A DNA stretch of 64,000 bases from Fimbriosthenelais zetlandica (taxonomy: Eukaryota): the NCBI GenBank assembly GCA_977030845.1, contig OZ365115.1, forward strand, positions 34,658,001-34,722,000, in the 5' to 3' direction. Shown piece after piece: positions 53,117 to 62,910 of the stretch. The position numbers and the translations under genes are program-made. The notes under the pieces were generated by a model that saw nothing but the letters and a program-made list of their open reading frames with translations, was not told where the DNA came from and searched no databases. How positions within the stretch are numbered: position 1 is the stretch's first letter; each line of letters starts with the position of its first letter.

Positions 53117-55255
53117 ATAGGGGGTTAGGGTGAGAGGGTAGAGACTGATCAGGCGTTCCTCCCACCAGCCCGCCATCTACTGGTAGTTCCTCAACATGAT
53201 CATGTAACATCACATGATAACTTTACATGCTATCCCGGCATGCACCACTACCCCGGGTGATGGGAGAGCATGCTAACTGTTAGGCCAAGCACCATAAACA
53301 GTTGGTTCTTCTTAATAGGAAAACTAGTAATGATTCTTGCCAGTTTACAATATAAAGTTTGACCTTGCATGACCTTGAACTCCTCTTTACTGGATTGATA
53401 GGCTAATCAGTTCATAACATCAGTTCATAACCAAACAGCATACAGAAAATAAACCTAGCCACCCTAAAAAAACTTTATTTAAATGGATAAAGTCTTACTG
53501 CTTATAATCCAGTCCAATAACTGACATTTCAGATTTGGGACTGACTTTGTCTCGCCTTGGCCTTTGTGTTTATAAACTGCCTGCATCACGGGGTCTCTAT
53601 GGATACTTGTCTCAGCCCTCTGGTGCTGTCTAATTAAACTATACCCACCCCCTCCCCCACCCCTACCCCATCCTCCATCACAGGTGTGTTGATTACAGGT
53701 GAGTTAAATATTAACACCTGATTAGAAAACTCACCCTCATCCATCCTGCTCCGGTAAAGGTTGGATCTGGTGGGAGCAGGAGGTGGGCGATAATAGGGGG
53801 TGGACGATAATAGGGGGTCCTGGAGGTAGGTGAGTGATAATAGGGGACTTGGCTGGCATCTTGGAGTCTAAACCGTGAAATCTCTGATCTATCTATCTTA
53901 AAGAGACTCATTGTTATATTAGTTTTTGTGAAAGAACTGTTGCCAAATGGAAATATGGAAATAATATGCGCAATTTTGGTAGATTTTGGTGCTGTTTGTG
54001 GTTTTCTTTTTTGTTTTTTTTTTAAATATCGGTAGTGTGAATAGATGCGGCAACTGGTGGATCAAGACTGGGGTCCAGGGAATCATCATAACCTTCATTC
54101 ATAACAAATGGATGACATTATATTTGTGGCTATTGGAAGAGATAACGACAACTTTTACTGGAGATATTCCCTTTTATCAAAGATCCACTATATCTTCACA
54201 GTAAAAAAGAGATGGAATAAGTCATCTTGAGTGGGACCTCACAGACAGTAGAGAGGGGCTCGTGAGGTGGAGCTGATCAAACAAAGATGGCGCTGTGTAT
54301 ATTATGCTGCATCATTCCTCTCTAACCCAGGGGGTGTCCTTCGTGGAGTTCTTAAACCTTTTTTCACGTGCCATCCTTCGTGGAAACAATCACGAGTATC
54401 TGTTCATGTTTTTATCTTTTTTATCTTGCCTTAAGTGGCTGCTTTCTACCCACAATACATTGCTTCTTCCTCTGTCACGTGTCACGACAGAATCCTGATA
54501 TCTGAGACTCGATTTTTTCTCTTTTTTTGTCTCTAACTTGACTTTTAGGTCAGTAAGGATGTGTCCTTTCTTCTCCTACATATCAATCGAACTAGAGATA
54601 ATACAGTTTTATAATCCTCCATCGTTCCTCTAAGAATGTTACAATTTTTAGATCTTTGGGTATTTTTCAATTATCTCTTTTTAAAATTATTGAATAGATA
54701 ATTTTCTAACATCCATTTCTAAATTTGTTGACGTTTTGTGTTATTTTTATGCCTTTAATGTAGTTCCAGTATTTTGAATGAAAGAGCTTTTATAATAACT
54801 ATTACCACTGTTAAAGTGAACTATTTATGCAGTTAATGTCATCACAGATTCAAAAGTTTCAAAAGCTTCTTTAGTATGTAACGTATTTGCCTTCCATTCA
54901 GTTTCTTTTTGAAGAATATTTATTCTATTTTATTCAGGAGGTACACCATTTACATGTAAGACGTTGTTTTACAGACAACATCTCTTGTCTTCCCACCTCT
55001 TCCCGAAAGAATATAATATTCGTTTTCAAATTCCTTTTGAGTTAAACATTTCTACAAGCTGTTTGAAGATCTAAATTCCAGGGATGATGATAATATTCAC
55101 TTTATATGTTTTTTTCTGTCAGTGACAGTGGGAGGAGAGGGATGGAATCTGACTGTTATTCCACGTGTCCCCCCACGCTTCCACACTCACCCTATATTTA
55201 CATCTATGGCATCTTTTTCTCTCTACATTGTGTCTCGCCTTGCCCTGGTCCTGTG

Positions 55256-55472
55256 TAAAGCCAGGAATACACTAATCCGATTCTCCTATCCGTTGCCATC
55301 CGATGCCCTATTTCTAATGACATCTAAAGATCGAAATTTTGTCAGTGGTTAGCCTTACCTAGGTGTAAAGGACTGGTCAAATTGCAAGCATTTGCTACGA
55401 ATAGAAATATAGTTTAGGACAGCTATCGGATGGCTCCGGATAGAGAAACGGATTAGTGTATCCCTGGCTTTA
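55256..55472. mobile_element. MITE-like non-autonomous DNA transposon (217 bp, ~55-bp imperfect TIRs, TA at both ends)
   Basis: The left end TAAAGCCAGGAATACACTAATCCGATTCTCCTATCCG..GCCATCCGAT is the reverse complement of the right end ATCGGATGGC..CGGATAGAGAAACGGATTAGTGTATCCCTGGCTTTA. Confidence 0.8.
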
Positions 55473-57606
55473 GTATTGGGTTTAATGTTATCCCGTGTCG
55501 TGCAGCCTCGTGCCCCGCCTATCTGTCTGCCCCATCCGTTTTCACAATCCACAATGTGACGGCATCTGAGGCCCAGGATGCTTATTCTCTTTCCAGATAA
55601 AATCGTCTCATTCATTCTACATCCATTTAGGGAGTTTTTACTTTTTCTTCTCCGTTTCCCCGACCTGTCACCGTTTGTCTTACGTCAGGAGAATCGCTTG
55701 TGACGTCCAGTGACGTCCCGTCCCATCTCCAGCCGTCGCCATGGCTACCGACTATAAAAGGTCTGTTTGTTTTGGGAGGCCATCCCATAATAATGCCCCA
55801 CACCTGATTGTTGGGATGTCCTCTGGTGGTGGTGGCTGACACCACCCCACCGTGACCTCCCAAGGTCAGCGTCCATCAGGCGGAGGGATATTCAATTAAA
55901 TAGTTCCAATAGATCACCGCGTCTCGCTGATCTTCCTATCTGCCTAACTTTGACATCAAAGTTGGCAAAAAGATCAAATTGCCTGAGTGTACTTGTGTTA
56001 ACCCTCTTGTTGTTGCCCCTGGCGACGCTGTCTTGTCACCTTGGCGACCATCTGGATCGTCTCATCGCCTCTCCGTGGGGTCTGCGCATGCGCCCATCTC
56101 CTGCCACGACATCCGAGCCGGTTTTCGGCCGGCTTTTGTTTTGACATTTTGTCTATGGCAGAAGAAAGCTGCAGTGTTTATTATGCGAGGATAGATAACC
56201 AGGGGAAAGCTGACAGACGCAGAAACAATTTATACCCTCTGGGATGTGTGCTATAGGTGTGGTCACAAAATAACAGACGTGTCATCTTGGGCTAAAGTGG
56301 GCATCTGTCATGGGGGGAGAGAATCACCTCTTATAGAATGGGATATGGGTGGAGAAAGTGAACGACCCAGCTAACAAAAATACTGTCACTGTACCCCCTG
56401 ATCATGCCTAGATAAATCCTGGTGGAAGCTTCTATCAATGGGGAATGGGAGGTCCGATCCAGGATTTTTAGTGACATGTCCTTTTCGTTCTTACTTAATT
56501 CCCTTTTTCAAATTAAAATTTGAAATTTGAAATATCCATCAAAAAAATCTGATATTTTGATACGTTTTGCCAGCCTTTTCATAGAATGAAACGCGAAGAA
56601 ATTGTGTGGAAATTGAGTCGGACTGTTGCCCTAAAAATAATGTTATCACCTTGTATATTTTGAAAATCACTAGGAGCTCTGACCACTATATATACCTTCT
56701 AGTTCCAGCAACGAGTATGGTTGGTTCCAGTATGTAATATTTATACCACCCCAGGGAGCATTCCTTAATCTCCTACATCCTGATAAGCTTCTTTCATTCT
56801 AGCTTTCTCAGGTCGTGTTGAAGGCTCAACAAATCATCAGATTGTTGACCATATTCTATTTTATCTGTGACCATCAAATATCGCGGTATTTTCCCAACAA
56901 ATTCTCGTCCACCGTACCCCTGAGTGCGGGTGTTTACATTGAGCTGTCATTAGTCACAACAGTCCTGGACTTCCCATTGACTTATGGGCCACCGTAGGTC
57001 ATATCTCCCATCCCTAACGTTTAAAACAAATTTAACTATTGAAAAATACTTCTAAAATTCACAAAAATCCTCGTGATATTCTTTGAAGTAGAAGCATTCT
57101 TTGTAGACATCTTTAAGGAAAAATAATGATGTATTTTCAAGAGAGATGTCGTAGAGGTTTTCCTGATCTTGTGATTTGGGTGTAAGTGTAGACTGTTTTG
57201 GTTTCCAAGCACCCACTTTATTTCTGACATCCTAACTGACATTCAGGGGAAGATGGCAGATTCTGGAGGCCTCCAAGGTCAAGGTCAAGTGTGAAGGTCA
57301 GCTTAAGGTCAGGGGGCAGTGTCTGTGTTCTGGACAGGTTGGATTCAGGTTTACAGGCCCTGTGTAAAGTGTTAGTACTTGGGATTGTCCACAGGAGGGG
57401 CTCTTGATAGACTAACCCGATTGACTGACTGATTCTAACATTCATCTGAGCAACAATAGTTTGATTTAACACTTCCTATTTCACCTGTTGCTCAGAAGCA
57501 ACTACAATTCAGTTGCTAGACTCGACACCTAATCAACTAGATCCTCTCAAATTTAAATTTGATAACATTTGTGCCACTTTGGGTCATTTTAGAGGCTGGG
57601 TCTGGG

Positions 57607-57770
57607 GAGGTTCTGGGTTCAATTCCTCATGCATTCCCCAAACTTGCCCTGGTCCTTCTCTACCCAAGCAGTGTTGGGATATCAAAAAGTTACATATTAA
57701 GAGCATAACTATAATTGTCTTTGCCCTTCTCTACCCGGTGCTGCTAACTGGGATATCAAAGGCCAGTCCT
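57607..57770 (+). mobile_element. SINE-like family A head/body with partial internal duplication, no expanded array
   Basis: B-box GGTTCAATTCC (57616-57626). CCTTCTCTACCC...GGGATATCAAA occurs twice; the second copy has GTGCTGCTAACTGGGATATCAAAGGCCAG. Confidence 0.65.
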
Positions 57771-58173
57771 GCTCACTGGATATTAAAGCTACCATGACAC
57801 ACACTTTTCAGAATGTGATAAATTGGTTGATGGACTGGCCTTGTGTGTACAAGGCCTCAGTCGTGACAGGGTGGTAAGCCAGGCATGTGAATGTGACAGG
57901 ATGAGTGGGGGAAGGTACTTGACAGTCGTGTTAAACTATTACACATGTCTGTCACTCACTGAGGAGGAAGATTCACGGGTTGACAGACGAGCACACTGTC
58001 AACTCACTCACTCGTGACAGCTTATCTACAGCCTGGAAATTAGACCCAGGTTTTACTGTCACAACTTCCATTCATAAATGTCCAAAATCAGACTGTCCCT
58101 TCCTCCAACGAGTATAGAACTCATTCTCTGGTTGCTCCAATAGAATTTGATGCATCAGTCCAAGTTATAAGAG

Positions 58174-58202
58174 GATTGAATTGAATTGAATTGAATTGAA
58201 TG
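58174..58202 (+). repeat. (ATTGA)5 microsatellite, possibly an antisense retroposon tail
   Basis: GATTGAATTGAATTGAATTGAATTGAATGAA. Confidence 0.7.
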
Positions 58203-58690
58203 AACTTTATTGCGGATTGAAATCTTAGCACCTCTGAACAACCAGAATAAATACATCATATATGTTTATCTTATCTTAAATATGTCGCCACTCGTATGAT
58301 GTGTTAATTATTTCAGGGAGTGGCGTTGTCTCTCCCTTGAAATTATTATTTTTTCGATGTCTGCTGTATAAAGTAGTAAGCCAGATAAATGAAATACAAG
58401 AATGGTGCATCACTGTATCATTTTGAAATGAATAATGTTACAGCAGAACGTATTTTTATTGCCTGAGATGAGAATATTTCTGTGATGCTAACTGGGGATG
58501 TTTGACACATGCCATCATGTCTGACTGATCCACCCACCCCCACCCTGCCCCCCCCCCCCTTCCCCCCTCTCTACTCCCATCTCGTATAACAACTCGGGCT
58601 GACCTCAGGCGGCCGAGGTGCTCACTACTTTAAGTGTCTCCTCCCTAATACCAAGTCAACCACCCAGACTTACTCATTCTTTATCATGCT

Positions 58691-58830
58691 CTGTGTGTGG
58701 TGAGAGGCATGTGATACAACAGTCATGTCTCCCACTGTCTGTGGAGAGAGGCATGTAAAAGACCAGCTACGTCTCGCACTGTCTCTACTGAGAGGCATGT
58801 AAAGGGCCACCCATATCTCCCATGACTGCC
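58691..58830 (+). mobile_element. SINE-like family A fragment (~3 units)
   Basis: GTGGTGAGAGGCATG...CATGTCTCCCACTGTCTGTGGAGAGAGGCATGTAAAAG. Confidence 0.65.
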
Positions 58831-61659
58831 TATCCATGTCTCCTATTTGCCTTTTCCCTGTTCTTTCAGTCCTTCTATACCCTCTTCCTTCATCCACATT
58901 CTTTCTCTTCTTATCTCTTCTCGTCCCTTCCTTCTTCCATTCCCATCCTTTCCCCTCTTAACCTCCCCCCCACCCTTGTTTGTTTTCACCCTGTTCCACG
59001 TGCCTTATAAGATTACCCGTGGGGTCAGTAGGGACTATGGTATATCGGGTTTTACCCCATTCCCAGGTCACCATATGAGCCCGCTGTCTACTACCAAGAT
59101 AATTTGTTGCTAATGGCGCGACGTCCCGATGTGACATTGAGATGACCTTGACTGTGGCTCCCCACCGGCGACGACAGTCGAGGAGTGTTGCCTTAGCAAC
59201 CTGTTGATATAGGTCCGCCATCTTGGTTATCTATTCTCTCTCGCTCCCCTCCCTCCACTCAAAATCTGAGAGGCTCAAATTGGATCTTTTTCTGGCCCCC
59301 TATCGCGCATGATCCAATCTCAACTTCCGGTGATGACAAACGGATCCATGGGAAGGATTCTCAGAACGAGGCTTACCGGGTTACCCTGTCCGCCTTTGTT
59401 ACATTGTTAGGCCAAGAAGATATCTTTTTATACTTAAAAGTGTCTGACGATTCTTTCCAGCGCTTAATATCCTTCCCAAAACAAACTATTTTCCTTCAAA
59501 GTTTAATCGGGATATCCAGAATAGATTGTCTTTGACTTGCGCCCATATTAAAGAATAATGACTTGCATGAAGATATGTTAAGCATGAAGAGCAAATATTT
59601 GTATTTAAATAATGGGTTATTTCAGTGCGCTTCGTGGGCCTATAATGAAGAGACAACTGTTTCTCTCAGCTGGCGTCTCTCTATCTCACGACGTAGTCCG
59701 ACACCACGCGACAATCAAACAAGTGAAAACAAAAGTAGATCGAGTAATAAGAATTGTTGAGGACATTTGAACCAGTGCTTCAACCAAGTATTCAGTGAAA
59801 CATCAGGGCCTTATTTGGGCATGTACTTTATGGATTTTCACTGCTTGCAACTGTTGCAGTTTATGCTATTATAGGCATCTATCAGCAAAATTATCAGCAA
59901 AAGAATTTAGATTTGATGATCAGCGGGTTAAATCCTTTCAGTGAAGTGTCGCATTCTCACCTGGTCGCTGGTTTAGTCACCAATATAAACTGATATAACA
60001 AGACCCAGCTCAATGATAGCCTTTAGTCCCTCCACCCTTTGTTGAGTGATCGACACCAAGACCAATTAGTGGTCATCTCCCTACATGTGTGAACTGACCA
60101 CTGTCCAGTATACGATCTTACTCACCTAATCCTCTATATACATACCATACAACTGACCACTGTCCAGAAAAAGGACAATAAATGACCGGACACAGCAGTA
60201 GAAAGTCTATACCACACAAAGGGTCAGTGATGGTCACTTTCTCCGGGTTTTACACTGGTCAAGCCTGGTTTAATCCGGACTTTAATCACCATTTAGCTGG
60301 ATCATTGTGTGTGTTCAATCCTCAATGGTCAGGCTCGGATGTCCAGCTGTTATTTCAGGCTAAATTGACCATTATTGACCACTGCAAGCTCTCCCTGGAC
60401 TCTTACCAAGTATTTCCTATACAAAAGTGACCAGACCCTTTTATTCTCGACAGTTTATTCTGAGGATTTCCCATCTCATATTATTAAGGTGCAGTTGTAC
60501 CCCAACCTTTCCTGAACTTTCAATTCAGGAACAAACAGACAAAGACGATGCTTTTTTAAAAGATATCCTTTTAAATATAGTCTTTTAAATGCACTATTTT
60601 AAAGTACATTTTGACAATTTCATGATCAAAATGTCTGCTTGATTTTCTCTTGGCATAGAACATTGAGCTTAGGATAAACGCAGCTATCCATAAAGTAGAA
60701 ACACTTGAAATAAATTCTGCCCCAAACCAACCTATATCAATATGAATGGGAAGGTAGTGGCACTTCCCCTGCTTGTCACCCACTGATGGGGAATGATGGA
60801 AAGGGGAGGGAAGCATATTCTCTCTATTCTCTCTATATTCCACATTGAGTAAATGGACGGACTGAGACAGAGAGAGCCTAAATGCATGGCCCACCGGGAA
60901 GACCCGCCCCGAGCACTGCCACTTCGCACATCAATCTGTTTCGTTATTTTCCTTCTCACTCTGCCTTCCACCATTCCATTTCCACCCTCAGCCTCAATAC
61001 CCGAGGGATATTTGCCGAAAATCCCACAAGAAGTGGGTGAGGCGGATTGACATGGACACGCTACAATAGTGCTGCACGACGCTACAATGTTAATCTTCCG
61101 CAAAGAAGGAGAGAAAAGAGGCAATGGTGAAGTCTCGCAGCATCTCGCCCGGGACGAGAACGCCCGAGGCTTGGTGGCCGGAAATGATCAGGTGACAGTG
61201 GTGTTAATTCACCTCCCAGACAGGAGATGGAGACGAGGCCAGCCCGGGAAAAAGTCAACCCGCTCCCGCAGATCACTGCCTGGAAACTTCTAGAAGAATC
61301 ATAGTCTCCTTTTTGTTTTGCCGGGTTTGATGGGGGAAGCTATTATCTGTGACGTTTATTGTGGTTGCTATGGACACACGTTGTGGGCTAATTTCATGGC
61401 GCCTGATTCTGAGTCAATGCTCGGATGTATTCTCGCGGTAATAACGTACAATCTCGTACATCCCGAGAATTCCCTGTGGGTCTCTACTCAAGGGAAATGT
61501 GACTGTACTGAATCAATATCAAGAGATAATAATTGTAGGGACTTTTTTTTCTCTTGAAATAATTTAGGTCAATAATCACTTAGGTTTCTCCAAGAGGCGT
61601 CATTTCGTGCCATTGAGACCTCGAAAAGTCAAGCTTACTTTCCTTCCATTTGTCTTTTT

Positions 61660-61751
61660 TTCTCCAAATTTCCCATTGTCCTTCTCCACCCAGTGCTGCT
61701 AACTGGAATATCAAAAGCCAGCCACTGTCTATGGTGAGAAGCATCTAAAGG
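61660..61751 (+). mobile_element. SINE-like family A fragment (body)
   Basis: TTCTCCAAATTTCCCATTGTCCTTCTCCACCCAGTGCTGCTAACTGGAATATCAAAAGCCAGCCACTGTCTATGGTGAGAAGCAT. Confidence 0.65.
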
Positions 61752-62867
61752 AATCACTGTAGAGATAACTGGAGATACAAAAGCTGGAAACTGATGTCAT
61801 GAACGTTGGTGGTCCTTCTATCATTCACTTGACGAAGCCTCAGATATGCCCCTCCAGCCTCCCCCTCCTCGTCCCCATGTCTCCCCTCTTCCCTCCTTGT
61901 TTTCCCTCTCATCTCTTCCCCTCTCCCTGTTCCCAGGGGAGCCCCCTGTATCCACCTGTCCCCCTTATTTATCCCCGTCAGTCTTACAAGCGCCACCTGT
62001 CCGTGAGACAGACAACCAGATAGTGGGGACAGTGATGTATTTTAAACATTGAAATAAACCAGGACTTTAGATAAGGCTATCTGAATCCAGAGTGAACATG
62101 TCACTTTAACATGACCTTGATGCTTTATTAGCAGACATTCCTCATCTCATTAATCAAACCTAATGTCAAACATTCCATTTATACCATTCACAATGTCATG
62201 TCAAGGACAGAGCTATGAACAAAGAGAGCTTTGCCTTCAGCAAGAATCATCCTTCATAATGACTTAAAGATGATTATCCTAGTCCAAATTTAAGGAAATA
62301 CTTTTGCTACTTTTGCTAACTAGTAACAGTTCCCAACATAAATTTGATTTAGTTGAAGGCTCTCAGGGGTCTTAATTTGGCTTAAGGAACTATTTAACCA
62401 AGTATAGTCAGAAATATGAGCTGCAGTTTCTCGTGTAGCTACAGACATAAAACTGCCAAGAATAATAATTATTCATTTTTCGAGCGTAGTGTTGTAATAT
62501 ATTTCGTTATATTTTCTATACGTTTATGGTACAACATATGAATAACTTCTCATGTATTAAGGAAGCTATAATGTGCAACATGTGCAAAATGAAAAACAAG
62601 TAGGCCTTAGATGCACAGGAAGTGACGTGGATGGTGCATGCGCAGTGAGATCTAGTGAGGCATTCTGGGAGAGGTGGTGATGGGTAAAATATGATTAGAT
62701 TATTCACCGCCAGGTTAGAACAACACAGACAATTGTGTGTTATAGTCTATCCCGACTCACTGACAACCTTAGTTCACTCTTCAGACTCTCATCTCAACTA
62801 TAAGAGAGAATCTTGCACTTGCAGTTTTCTGCTTGTTATTGACAGGCGAATTGAGAGAGAGATTGAG

Positions 62868-62910
62868 AAAGAGATGGAGAAAGAGATGGAGAAAGAGATG
62901 GAGAAGGAGA
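62868..62910 (+). repeat. 12-bp tandem repeat (GAGAAAGAGATG)x3
   Basis: Directly visible; it gives the EKEM repeat in ORF 62691-62942. Confidence 0.85.

Noticed and set aside
59219-59236. miR-9-like string TCTTGGTTATCTA
   Set aside because: The seed is one T short, the 3' half does not match, and no hairpin partner was seen.
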